DNA of 10,073 bases, taken from positions 1 to 10,073 of the forward strand of contig JBBCAX010000394.1 in the NCBI GenBank assembly GCA_051382335.1, given 5' to 3'. How positions within the stretch are numbered: position 1 is the stretch's first letter; each line of letters opens with the position of its first letter. Positions 1 through 8,662 of the stretch are shown one piece after another. The stretch comes from Deltaproteobacteria bacterium TL4 (GTDB taxonomy: Bacteria; SAR324; NAC60-12). The translations under genes were made by a program, and so were the position numbers. The notes under the pieces were generated by a model that was not told the DNA's origin, ran no database searches, and worked only from the letters and a program-made list of their open reading frames with translations.

Positions 1-207
1 GTTCAGGATTGGTACGGTGAAAATTATTACTCACAAAGTCCTTCAACGAACCCCCGTGGACCGTCCAATGGCTCGATCCGTGTCAACCGCGGCGGTTGTT
101 GGGGCAGCTTCGCCTGGGACTCGCGTTCGGCGATTCGTTCCATCAACTCGCCCGACGACCGGTTCCACATCTACGGGTTTCGGCTCGCCTTCTCCCCAGG
201 TCAGTAG
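1..207 (+). CDS. 3' end (68 aa, 5'-truncated by window) of an FGE-sulfatase/SUMF1-domain (CLec-fold) protein; probable DGR target
   Basis: Frame +1 reads VQDWYGENYYSQSPSTNPRGPSNGSIRVNRGGCWGSFAWDSRSAIRSINSPDDRFHIYGFRLAFSPGQ*, TAG at 205-207. DWY..YY..SP..NP.GP..G..RV.RGG.W...RSA.R...GFR is the characteristic FGE-sulfatase C-terminus. Not in the ORF track. Confidence 0.93.
   Translation, partial: VQDWYGENYYSQSPSTNPRGPSNGSIRVNRGGCWGSFAWDSRSAIRSINSPDDRFHIYGFRLAFSPGQ
61..195 (+). other. Putative DGR variable repeat (VR); boundaries approximate
   Basis: 45 consecutive codons have no A at position 3 and ~64% GC (86/135), versus 45% in 1-60. The variable positions between conserved RGGxW/RSA/R/GFR residues are mostly NNC codons, as expected from mutated AAC template codons. 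Confidence 0.7.
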
Positions 208-224
208 GAGGGCAGAGGTAGAGA

Positions 225-306
225 GGAGTTGGGAAGCGTCCGCGCCGGAACGGAACGGAGCGAGGGACGAGCGGAGAGGAGAGGAGGTCGGAGGTTTCCC
301 AACTCC
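225..306. repeat. 18-bp inverted repeat (stem-loop/cruciform) just downstream of the putative VR gene
   Basis: GGAGTTGGGAAGCGTCCG (225-242) pairs with CGGAGGTTTCCCAACTCC (289-306) at 16/18 positions, with the outer 11 bp perfect. The 46-nt loop is purine-rich. Confidence 0.85.
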
Positions 307-355
307 GAGTCAGTGGGAAAAACTTATCTAAAAGTCTATAGAAGCGAGAAAACCA

Positions 356-1708
356 TTGAAAGCATTAACCGTGAGGCCTATTAAACTAACACATACTCAG
401 ATTTTCGTTTTGAGTTTTCTGGGTTTTATCCTGCTAGGGACCCTTCTCTTGAAATTGCCCCTTGCGACGACCACAGAGTTGTCTTTCATGGATGCCGCGT
501 TTACGGCAACGTCCGCTGTTTGTGTGACAGGACTGATTGTTAAAAACACGCCCGTTGAATTTACTTTATGGGGACAGCTCATTATCCTGCTTTTGATTCA
601 GGTGGGAGGTTTGGGGTATATGTCCATGGCAACGTTTCTGGCCATTTTATTGGGAGAAAAGATTAGTTTGAAGGAACGCGTCCGTGTTAAAGAATTTATG
701 AATATGGCTTATTTTTCAGAAGTCGAGGGCTTCATAAAGATCATGTTTACCTACGTTTTTTTAGTGGAAGCCGTTGGAGCGGTTCTTCTGACTTTAAAAT
801 TCTTACAGGAGTTTTCGGTGGGGAAGGCTATTTTTTATGGCATTTTTCACTCGATTTCCGCCTTCAATAATGCAGGTTTCAGTCTCTTTCCTGATAGTTT
901 AATCCGATATCAAGGAGACTGGTCCCTTAACTTAGTGATTGCGATCCTGATCATCCTGGGCGGAATCGGCTTTGTGGTCGTTAATGATGTTTATCAAAGG
1001 TTTCTTAAAAAACGACAGCTATTTTCCATTCATACCCGCTTGGTATTCATCACTACAGTGTGTTTACTGATTTTGGGAACCGTGTTGATGTATTTCAGTG
1101 AAAGGAACTATCTGTTCTCTCAAGGTGATTTAAATTGGAAAACCAAATTTCTGACTGCTTTTTTTGCCTCTGTGACGGCTCGAACAGCAGGCTTCAACAC
1201 TGTTGATTATTCGCTATTACAAGCGGGGACTTTATTTATTTTTATGGGCTTTATGTTCATTGGAGCCTCTCCTGGCAGTACTGGTGGAGGCATCAAAACC
1301 ACCACGTTTTCTTTGGTGCTGGTCCATATCTGGTGTGTTTTAAAAGGACAGAAGAAAACGGTGATTTTCAATCGGGAAATTCCACAGGAAATCCTTTCCA
1401 AAGCTTTCGTCATTCTTGCGATTTCTGTGCTGTATGTTTGTACCATCACGTTATTTGTTGTGGATTTGGAACACACGAATTTTGAAAAAACACTGTTTGA
1501 AGTCGTTTCCGCTTTTTCGACGGTTGGCTTGTCAACAGGGGATGGCGGAACCAACAGTTTGAGTGCGCTCTTTTCCGTGCCCTCTAAAATGATTATCCTC
1601 TTTTCCATGTTAGTTGGCCGTTTGGGTCCCTTGGTCCTTTTTATGGCTCTGCTTCAACAAAAGGAAACGCATATTCACTACCCACAAGAAAGGATTATGA
1701 TAGGATGA
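356..1708 (+). CDS. ktrB: Trk/Ktr potassium uptake membrane subunit (KtrB/TrkH family)
   Basis: Multi-TM protein with four pore-loop motifs (TATSAVCVTGL, FHSISAFNNAGF, SVTARTAGF, FEVVSAFSTVGLS), GASPGSTGGGIKTTT, GRLGPL and C-terminal YPQERIMIG. Start (TTG 356 vs GTG 371) is uncertain. Confidence 0.95.
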   Translation: MKALTVRPIKLTHTQIFVLSFLGFILLGTLLLKLPLATTTELSFMDAAFTATSAVCVTGLIVKNTPVEFTLWGQLIILLLIQVGGLGYMSMATFLAILLGEKISLKERVRVKEFMNMAYFSEVEGFIKIMFTYVFLVEAVGAVLLTLKFLQEFSVGKAIFYGIFHSISAFNNAGFSLFPDSLIRYQGDWSLNLVIAILIILGGIGFVVVNDVYQRFLKKRQLFSIHTRLVFITTVCLLILGTVLMYFSERNYLFSQGDLNWKTKFLTAFFASVTARTAGFNTVDYSLLQAGTLFIFMGFMFIGASPGSTGGGIKTTTFSLVLVHIWCVLKGQKKTVIFNREIPQEILSKAFVILAISVLYVCTITLFVVDLEHTNFEKTLFEVVSAFSTVGLSTGDGGTNSLSALFSVPSKMIILFSMLVGRLGPLVLFMALLQQKETHIHYPQERIMIG

Positions 1709-2370
1709 AACAACAATTTGCGGTAATTGGTCTGGGAGTTTTTGGCGTTTCAGTCGCAAAAACCCTGGCGCAAAATGGCTACGAAGTCTTGGCCATTGAT
1801 GTTAATGAGGCAAAAGTCCAGGATATTGCGGATAGCATCAGTTTGGCGCTTCAGTTTGACGCAACCAACAAAAAATCGTTATTAGAAGCAGGCATCGAAA
1901 AATTTGATGTGGTCTTTGTGTGCATTGGTGAAGATATTGAAGCCAGTATCTTGGTGGTGATGATTCTCAAAGAGTTGGGAATCAAAACGATTGTAGCCAA
2001 AGCCATCAACCGGGCACACGCACAAATTCTTGAATTGATAGGCGTGACTCAAGTCGTACATCCTGAACGAGACATGGGGCAGCGTCTTGCGTATAGTTAC
2101 ATCAAACCTTCTTTTCTCGACAAGCTTGAATCTTCTCCCGACATTGATATCATCGAATTTACGGCACCGGATTCCTTCACCAATTTGACCATTGAACAAG
2201 CCCGAACCAAAACTAATTATAAACTGAACATCTTAGCGGTGATTAGCCATGACAAAGACAACCTGCCGCAATGGAACATCAATCCGTTGCCAGAAGAAAT
2301 CATCAAAGAAGGTGAGATCTTGGTTGTCATTGGAAGTCATCAAACGGTGGCAAAATTCTTGAAAACATGA
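1705..2370 (+). CDS. ktrA: Trk/Ktr regulatory RCK subunit (KtrA/TrkA family)
   Basis: FAVIGLGVFG Rossmann motif, VHPERDMG, C-terminal RCK_C (EGEILVVIG). ATGA overlap with ktrB. Confidence 0.95.
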   Translation: MKQQFAVIGLGVFGVSVAKTLAQNGYEVLAIDVNEAKVQDIADSISLALQFDATNKKSLLEAGIEKFDVVFVCIGEDIEASILVVMILKELGIKTIVAKAINRAHAQILELIGVTQVVHPERDMGQRLAYSYIKPSFLDKLESSPDIDIIEFTAPDSFTNLTIEQARTKTNYKLNILAVISHDKDNLPQWNINPLPEEIIKEGEILVVIGSHQTVAKFLKT

Positions 2371-2570
2371 CGGTCAAAAGTTTTTGGCGCTTTGATATTT
2401 CCCTTCACGCACAGGGTGAGTATTCTGCCTCTATTTAATTGAACGTCTATAAATATGATTTTGTATAAATCAAGATTGTATTTCAACAAAGAATGTGGCA
2501 TGTGTTGTCTTAGAGCTCATTTTTTCCGCAGGCAAACAGTAGGTCTTCGCTTTTCAATTAAGGAGGTTTC

Positions 2571-3749
2571 ATGAAGATTAAAGGATTCGTCTTGGTGTTT
2601 TTTGTGCTATTCTTGTCCGGTACCCCTTGGCTTTGGGCACAAAACCAGAAACTGGATCTCCAGCATCATACTTTTGGTCTGGAATTTCGTATGGATTTAG
2701 TGATTGAAACCTCTGAAAACGAAAAGATACTGGAAGATGCCGAAGAAAAAATAACGGAGACCCTGAAATTGGACTCCAGTCTCAAATTTAGAATCTCACG
2801 GGCCCGGATGAATTTCAAAGGAAATGTTGATCCGAAAACCACCTACCGCGTAAGACTCCAATTTAATAAATCCTTTGATGCCAAAGATCGTATCGATAAT
2901 ACAGGTGAAGCCTTGGACCTTTGGTATATTACCCGGGAAATTGTAAGTTTTCTGCCTGAATTCAGGGTTGGAAAAATCGAAGTCCTCGCAGGGGCCCTGG
3001 AAAGTCAATTTTATTCAGAAATGGATTTATACCAGTCTTCCCGCACACTTCCCAAATTAACGTATTATGAAGTGGGGGGTGAGATGACCTTTGAGTTTGT
3101 TGAGCAACAAATCACACTTCAGATGGTCAACAGTCCACTGGGTCGGGATAATCAAAGCAGCGCAAGTGTCAACATGACTATTCGAGGAAATCTGATTGAT
3201 GAACGCATCAAATCGCTCATCGTTTTCGGGTTCTTTCCCAGCGCAGAAAGCACGCTTGCCATTGATAATGGAACCAATTCCATCACAGAAGTCAAAGAGG
3301 AGTATGCGGAGCAGCATGCGGCGATTGGATTACGAACAAATATAAAAGTTCATGAAGCCGCAAACCTTCGTGTAGAACTGGAATATGTCCAGTGGGTTCG
3401 TCCTGAGTTTAATATTTCTAGAAGCTTTGGAGGCAGCGAACCTACCGTCCTGACCAATAATGAACATAAAATTCAGTCTAATATTTTGGGACTTCGATAT
3501 GAAACACCGTACCTCCATACGATCTTACGTTTTGTTGGGGATACGGAAAAACAAGATGGGGTTCCAGGAGAGCAGATTGGAATAGATGAGATAGAAACTC
3601 AATATTACGGTGGCATTGAGTATTACCCTGAAGGCAAAATCAATACCTTTCGTTTCCATGCAATTTTGGGTTCAAAAATTCTGAAACCCAAGGATAGTGT
3701 AGAAACCAAGTCAACGACGGCCAATGTGGGGGTTTCTGCGCAATTCTAA
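2571..3749 (+). CDS. Outer-membrane beta-barrel, porin-like (possibly OprO/OprP-like)
   Basis: RBS AAGGAGG at 2560-2566, N-terminal signal peptide, amphipathic strands, FRISRARMNFKG segment resembling the porin O/P N-terminal motif, C-terminal strand ending in Phe (NVGVSAQF). Confidence 0.7.
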   Translation: MKIKGFVLVFFVLFLSGTPWLWAQNQKLDLQHHTFGLEFRMDLVIETSENEKILEDAEEKITETLKLDSSLKFRISRARMNFKGNVDPKTTYRVRLQFNKSFDAKDRIDNTGEALDLWYITREIVSFLPEFRVGKIEVLAGALESQFYSEMDLYQSSRTLPKLTYYEVGGEMTFEFVEQQITLQMVNSPLGRDNQSSASVNMTIRGNLIDERIKSLIVFGFFPSAESTLAIDNGTNSITEVKEEYAEQHAAIGLRTNIKVHEAANLRVELEYVQWVRPEFNISRSFGGSEPTVLTNNEHKIQSNILGLRYETPYLHTILRFVGDTEKQDGVPGEQIGIDEIETQYYGGIEYYPEGKINTFRFHAILGSKILKPKDSVETKSTTANVGVSAQF

Positions 3750-3806
3750 GGCAAAATAAATTCATTTTTTTCTCGTTATTGTCATCCTAATCAAAAAAAG
3801 GAACCC

Positions 3807-5429
3807 ATGTCATTAAGAACTACGAATATTAATAAATTAAAAGGACAAACATTTGATGTCCTGATTCTTGGAGGCGGAATCAATGGCGCCGTGTCTTCGT
3901 CCGCCCTTTCCTCAAAAGGCGCAAAAGTCGCTTTAATCGACAAGAGGGATTTTGCGGGGTTCACCAGCCATCATTCTTCGAACTTGGCTTGGGGCGGAAT
4001 TAAATACATGGAATCCTTGGAGTTTTTATTAGTCCGCAAGCTTTGTCTTTCCCGAAACCGGCTGATGCGGAATTACCCCTCAACCGTAGAAGAAATGCGC
4101 TTCTACACCACGTTGACCCAAGGGTTTCGCCAGCCTCGTATTTTTGTTTTTTTAGGCACACTGCTCTATTGGTTCATGGGAAACTTTTTCACAAAAGCAC
4201 CGCGATTACTTTTGAAAAAAACAATGCAAGCTGAGGAACCGGTTATCAAATTAGACCAGAGTGTCGGCGGTGTGGAATATTCGGATGCGTATCTTCATGA
4301 CAATGACGCACGGTTTGTTTTTAATTTTATCCGCACAGCTCTCAATCATGGATGTATTGCCGCAAATTATGTCAGTTCTCAAGCAGCGTCCTTTGATGGG
4401 GCCTTATGGCATATTAAGGCTAAAGATGAAATGAGCGGCGAAGAATTCACGATTAAAGCCAAAGTGCTGATTAACGCCTGCGGTCCTTTTGTGGATGAGC
4501 ATAATCAAAGGTCAGGACAAACCACCACACATCGACATGTGTTTTCCAAGGGGATCCATTTACTGGTAAAACGCTTAAGCCCTCATAAACGGATACTGAC
4601 GTTTTTTGCGGATGACGGACGTTTATTTTTCGTGATCCCCATGGGACCTCGAACGTGTTTAGGGACCACGGATACCAAGGTGGATTCCCCCTATACTGAA
4701 GTTACCAATGAGGATCGTCAGTTTGTTTTAGATAATATCAACAAAAGATTAAATTTGGAAAAACCCCTGACTTTTAAGGATATTGTCGCGGAACGATGCG
4801 GAGTCCGTCCGCTTGTGATTAGCGGTCAAGGAGGTGGACCTGTGGATTGGGTCCAACTTTCGAGGAAACATGCCGTTGAGGTCAACGAGAAGCAAAAACA
4901 CCTCAGTATTTTTGGAGGGAAACTCACAGACTGTCTGAATGTTGGGGATGAAATCTGCCATCAAATAAAAAAACTTGGAATTGAGCTCTCGTTTTCAAAT
5001 AAAAAATGGTACGGAGAGTCTCCCAAATATGTCAGAGATGAGTTCTTTCATCAAGCCAAGCTGATGGATCTGGACGGAATGACCTCACCTTCTTCTTCGG
5101 AACCGCTTTCCATTCGGTTGTGGAGACGATACGGTGATCGGGCGTTTGGCTTACTGGAAAGTATTCGCTGTGATCCTAAAATGGCAGAAGTCTTGATTAA
5201 AAACGCAGAGTACATCCGCTGTGAAATTGAACAAACGGCTCGGTGGGAAATGATCACGAAACTGGAAGATTTTTTGCGGAGACGTTCTAAAATATCACAA
5301 GTTGTCAGAACCGAAGATCTCAGGAATGCACCGGGCTTAAAAGAGGTCTGTGAAATGTTTTTTGGAGATCAGGCAGAAGCAAAACTTGAAGAATATTTCC
5401 ATTCTCAATCTCCAACCACTGAAAAATGA
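3807..5429 (+). CDS. glpD: FAD-dependent glycerol-3-phosphate dehydrogenase/oxidase family (GlpD-like)
   Basis: DVLILGGGING FAD motif, DFAGFTSHHSSNLAWGGIKY, INACGPFVD, SKGIHL, GTTD, CGVRPL, GGKLT and EMITKLEDFLRRR. Substrate not certain. Confidence 0.88.
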   Translation: MSLRTTNINKLKGQTFDVLILGGGINGAVSSSALSSKGAKVALIDKRDFAGFTSHHSSNLAWGGIKYMESLEFLLVRKLCLSRNRLMRNYPSTVEEMRFYTTLTQGFRQPRIFVFLGTLLYWFMGNFFTKAPRLLLKKTMQAEEPVIKLDQSVGGVEYSDAYLHDNDARFVFNFIRTALNHGCIAANYVSSQAASFDGALWHIKAKDEMSGEEFTIKAKVLINACGPFVDEHNQRSGQTTTHRHVFSKGIHLLVKRLSPHKRILTFFADDGRLFFVIPMGPRTCLGTTDTKVDSPYTEVTNEDRQFVLDNINKRLNLEKPLTFKDIVAERCGVRPLVISGQGGGPVDWVQLSRKHAVEVNEKQKHLSIFGGKLTDCLNVGDEICHQIKKLGIELSFSNKKWYGESPKYVRDEFFHQAKLMDLDGMTSPSSSEPLSIRLWRRYGDRAFGLLESIRCDPKMAEVLIKNAEYIRCEIEQTARWEMITKLEDFLRRRSKISQVVRTEDLRNAPGLKEVCEMFFGDQAEAKLEEYFHSQSPTTEK

Positions 5430-5653
5430 AAACGGTGGATGTTATTTTGCACGACATTAAAACCAAACCTGAGGCCTGGCGTATTGATGAATTTTGGGCA
5501 CGTCATCAAAGCGGCACGGCCATCTGGCTCGGGAATGGTTTTTGGGGATGTCATGTTAAAAAACCGCAATATCAGGAGTTCAACCTGATGGATCGCTTTA
5601 AACTTTATCGAGCGCTTCGCCAACTGGAGCGTACTGAAGAAGGTGTCACCTAG
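5426..5653 (+). CDS. Small hypothetical protein (75 aa, Trp-rich)
   Basis: ATGA overlap with the glpD stop; fills the gap to the next gene in the same orientation; protein-like composition. Confidence 0.65.
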   Translation: MKTVDVILHDIKTKPEAWRIDEFWARHQSGTAIWLGNGFWGCHVKKPQYQEFNLMDRFKLYRALRQLERTEEGVT

Positions 5654-5665
5654 AAAGGAAATCAA

Positions 5666-6064
5666 ATGAACGCTATCAAGAGAGGATTACTCAGTTGCCT
5701 GGTTATTGCATTCCTCTTTACGAGTACAGTGGTTGATGCCAGTGAAAAAGAAAAACCGACAGCAACCGCAATCATTATTGATATCCCCATACGGGTCATT
5801 GGAATGGGGACGATTGTGCTGGGAACCGGTTTTGCTGTGATAGCTACCCCGTTTGCCCTGTTTGGGGAAGACGGTGCTTTAAGCCGTATTTGGGGCACTT
5901 TGGTGATGGACCCCCTACGTTTTACGTTCACACGACCGGTGGGGCAGTTTGAAGACTGGAAAAAAGAGGACATGAAAGAAATCAAGGAGCTTAAAGAAGA
6001 ACCCAAAGACAGCGACGTCGAAAAAGAAGCAACGAAAGAAAGCAAAGAAAGCAAAGAAAGCTAA
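5666..6064 (+). CDS. Exported/membrane hypothetical protein with hydrophobic hairpin and charged tail
   Basis: RBS-like AAAGGA, signal peptide, IIDIPIRVIG..TIVLGTGFAVIATPF..LVMDPLRFTFTRPVG core, K/E-rich tail. Confidence 0.8.
   Translation: MNAIKRGLLSCLVIAFLFTSTVVDASEKEKPTATAIIIDIPIRVIGMGTIVLGTGFAVIATPFALFGEDGALSRIWGTLVMDPLRFTFTRPVGQFEDWKKEDMKEIKELKEEPKDSDVEKEATKESKESKES
6035..6061 (+). repeat. 9-bp tandem repeat (AAAGAAAGC)x3 encoding KES-KES-KES just before the stop
   Basis: Three exact copies at 6035, 6044 and 6053, then TAA. Confidence 0.9.
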
Positions 6065-6073
6065 GAGTTTGAT

Positions 6074-6682
6074 ATGAAAAAACGATGGTTTCTCCGATTA
6101 GTGGTGTTGATGATAGTCTTTGGGGGTGCTTTGGTTGAGGCCCAGGCGCAGTTTATGGATGACCGGTTCCTCGGCTTTAGTGTGGATGGTGCCATTGCCT
6201 ACACGGCAACCTCGGAAAGCGTTTCGGGCTTCAGCATCGGAATCTCTCACCCGGCACCTGTTCTGCCCAACGTAGGATATATGGGATTAGGCTACAAGGA
6301 AGATGAAAAACTGGATGATACCTATACGTTGAGTACCAAGCTCAATGTCCGATCTTTTGAGGTTTATTATCATGTTCTTTTCCCTGTTGTCTCCTTAGTG
6401 ATCGGCGCGGGAGGCGGACTTATGGAAATCAACACCGGAATCATTCAAAAGGGGGTTGGCGCCATAGAATATGTCAATCTTGTTCAACCGATCACGGAAG
6501 GCTTTGTCAGAATTGGACTTCCCTTTTGGCATAGTGTTGAATTTCATATTGGATACCACGCCATTAACGTATCTGCTGTGGATCGGGTGAAAGACAGTGA
6601 TACGAACTTAAGCAGCTATAAAACCAAGAAAAGCTACACTGGGGGAATGGCAAGTATCGGACTGCTGTTTGTCCTTTTGTAA
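6074..6682 (+). CDS. Exported protein, probable small outer-membrane beta-barrel
   Basis: Signal peptide ending AQA; Gly/aromatic alternating strands (LVIGAGGGL, VEFHIGYH, ASIGLLF). Confidence 0.65.
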   Translation: MKKRWFLRLVVLMIVFGGALVEAQAQFMDDRFLGFSVDGAIAYTATSESVSGFSIGISHPAPVLPNVGYMGLGYKEDEKLDDTYTLSTKLNVRSFEVYYHVLFPVVSLVIGAGGGLMEINTGIIQKGVGAIEYVNLVQPITEGFVRIGLPFWHSVEFHIGYHAINVSAVDRVKDSDTNLSSYKTKKSYTGGMASIGLLFVLL

Positions 6683-6688
6683 CCCCCA

Positions 6689-7345
6689 ATGTTTCAGACT
6701 CCTTTTCCAGAAACAATTCGCTTTCATTGCCAACGACGAAATCCTTCAAGTCCTTGTGCCGTTCTGCCTGAAGAACTGGAATGTATTCAACAGGTAACGT
6801 CTGTCAAAAGGCGTTGGGAATTCATTTTGGGCCGACATTGCGCTCACCAGGCTTTGGGGGAAGGAGCGGGGCCTCCCCCACCAATTTTAAAAGATCCCAA
6901 AACCCGAGAACCCCTCTGGCCTGCTCCTTTTATCGGCAGTATCACTCATGCCGAAGATTGGGGTGCCGCGGCTGTTGGTAGAAAAAGCTGGATTCGCGGA
7001 GTAGGTCTTGATATAGAAAGTGTACAACGAGAGATTAACCCACGCATTGAAAGAATAATTTGTGTCGATCAAGAACGGGAATGGTTGTCAACGTTCTCTG
7101 GAGCGGAGAAGGACTATTATCTCAAATTGATCTTTTCCGCCAAAGAATCGATTTTCAAATGTTTTTATCCCCAATCTCGTGTTTATCTGGGATTCCATGA
7201 TGCTTGTGTCACATTAGCCCCCTCTTCTAACGGGTTTGAGTTCACCTTATTCAAAGCATGTGGACCTTCTTTTCCTGTCGGCTTTCGTCATCAGGGCAAT
7301 TATCAGCGACAAGAACACCTAATTTTAACAGCAATTTACGTTTAA
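6689..7345 (+). CDS. 4'-phosphopantetheinyl transferase, EntD/Sfp-like
   Basis: KRRWEFILGRHCAHQAL, PLWP..IGSITH, GLDIE and IFSAKESIFK motifs. Confidence 0.93.
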   Translation: MFQTPFPETIRFHCQRRNPSSPCAVLPEELECIQQVTSVKRRWEFILGRHCAHQALGEGAGPPPPILKDPKTREPLWPAPFIGSITHAEDWGAAAVGRKSWIRGVGLDIESVQREINPRIERIICVDQEREWLSTFSGAEKDYYLKLIFSAKESIFKCFYPQSRVYLGFHDACVTLAPSSNGFEFTLFKACGPSFPVGFRHQGNYQRQEHLILTAIYV

Positions 7346-7354
7346 TGAGGTTTT

Positions 7355-8116
7355 ATGAGAAGTCTTTTTTTTCAGCGTCCTCTTGAATATACAGTGGAAA
7401 TAACGGGAGAAGAATGGAATCAAGGTGATTCTGTTTCAGGAATATTTCAAGTAAAAAACGCGCATTCAGAAGAAGTCCGTGTGTCTACGCTTTCACTGAT
7501 ACTCGCTTATGCTGAAGACAAAACCTTAAAAAAGGATGAAACCGTTGAATGGCACGTCATAAAACAGTTTGACTTGGAACATGATTTTGCTTTAAAAGCA
7601 CAAGAAATCAAAAAATTTGAATGGACGTTTGACTTGGAATCCGATTGTCCTTTTTCCGACAAAAATGGAACTTTATACTTGGTTTATGGAGGACAGGAGG
7701 CCTTAACGGTCGGGGGCAAAATTGATTTAAAGGTGCGGATGTTTCCTATTCTTCAAAACTTTTTGCAAACCTTTGAGACCCAATATCGCTTTTCGCGTAA
7801 ATATGAAAAATATAAAAGCGGCTGGGTGGAAGTAAAATTTGTGCCTCCTCCTAAATCTAAAGACTTTCCAACACTGGACCAAGTTCTATGCTACTTGAAA
7901 ATGGAAGAACAACAATTGAAAGTGAAGTATAAGTTCAAAGTTCAATCGTTTGGTCGGGTTGGAGAGAACATGAAAGCTGTGGCCAAGGTCAAAGAATTCG
8001 AGCAATCGTTCTGTCCTGATCAATATCTACAAGGAGGCAGTTTCCCGGACCGTTTGTTTTTCCGCCAACAAATAGAAGAAGCTTTAAATACTGCCAAGCC
8101 CGGAAGTTTATTCTAA
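7355..8116 (+). CDS. Hypothetical protein, Spo0M/arrestin-N-like beta-sandwich
   Basis: RBS GAGG. The N-terminal pattern WNQGDSVSG.F.V.N...V..LSLIL...FEWTFDLESDCPF and the 253-aa length resemble the Spo0M family. ORF is solid, family call tentative. Confidence 0.55.
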   Translation: MRSLFFQRPLEYTVEITGEEWNQGDSVSGIFQVKNAHSEEVRVSTLSLILAYAEDKTLKKDETVEWHVIKQFDLEHDFALKAQEIKKFEWTFDLESDCPFSDKNGTLYLVYGGQEALTVGGKIDLKVRMFPILQNFLQTFETQYRFSRKYEKYKSGWVEVKFVPPPKSKDFPTLDQVLCYLKMEEQQLKVKYKFKVQSFGRVGENMKAVAKVKEFEQSFCPDQYLQGGSFPDRLFFRQQIEEALNTAKPGSLF

Positions 8117-8359
8117 ACGGGCTCTGTTTTCAAAAGGCTTGGGGTACTAGTGGTTGAGTGGCAAACAAAATAGTCACCGATTGTATCAACAGGCAGCGTG
8201 ATGAGGAGTTTAAATTGTCCAAAAAAATAGATTGGCATCGTTTGATTCGATAACTGGAATCATTTGATTGGATTTATGGCACAACAGCTCGAAATAGCGA
8301 TGCTTAATTCAACTTAAACCTAAATTTGGAATTGCTGGATGTTGGGAGTCAGAAAATAG

Positions 8360-8423
8360 TTGCTTTTCAGTCCTGCATCTTCTATAAAATGGGAGGGACA
8401 TATTTTTTGATAAATTAAGGAGG
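8360..8423 (+). promoter_or_regulatory. Putative sigma70 promoter and RBS for the TA cluster
   Basis: TTGCTT (8360-8365), 17-bp spacer, TATAAA (8383-8388); AAGGAGG at 8417-8423 before ATG 8429. Confidence 0.5.
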
Positions 8424-8428
8424 TACTT

Positions 8429-8662
8429 ATGCTGGCTATCCATAAACAATTTGTTACCCATGAAACTGGAACTCCGATAGCAGTGTTAATCGACATTCAG
8501 ACTTTTGGGCAAATTGAAGCGTTGCTCAAAAAAAACATTTCTGAGGAGGTTTCTATTCCTGAAACCAAGGTGAGTCCTGAAGATTTTGAAATTTTAAATC
8601 GTCATGCGGATGCGATTAACCAGGAAGCTCAGGATGTTCTGGAATATCAGGTCGCCCTATGA
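8429..8662 (+). CDS. Small acidic antitoxin-like protein (77 aa), apparently orphan
   Basis: Strong RBS. N-terminal QFVTHETGTPIAVLIDIQTF and C-terminal DFEILNRHADAINQEAQDVLEYQ both resemble type II antitoxin segments (from recall). Confidence 0.6.
   Translation: MLAIHKQFVTHETGTPIAVLIDIQTFGQIEALLKKNISEEVSIPETKVSPEDFEILNRHADAINQEAQDVLEYQVAL

Noticed and set aside
17..331. 104-aa ORF from the ORF track
   Set aside because: Shadow frame of the FGE-sulfatase C-terminus (frame +1) running through the downstream hairpin; low-complexity S/T/R/G sequence.
208..355. c-di-AMP (ydaO) riboswitch upstream of ktrBA
   Set aside because: The context is suggestive, but I cannot find the conserved ydaO motifs. 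The structure is better explained as linked to the upstream VR gene. An Rfam scan would settle it.
7567..7639. 13-bp direct repeat GTTTGACTTGGAA, 60 bp apart
   Set aside because: Only two copies, in frame (FDLE twice) inside a CDS; not CRISPR-like.
8140..8340. Possible IS-end remnants (CTAGTGG... and ...TTTGGAATTGCTG)
   Set aside because: They vaguely resemble transposon termini, but I found no partner inverted repeat, TSD or transposase fragment.
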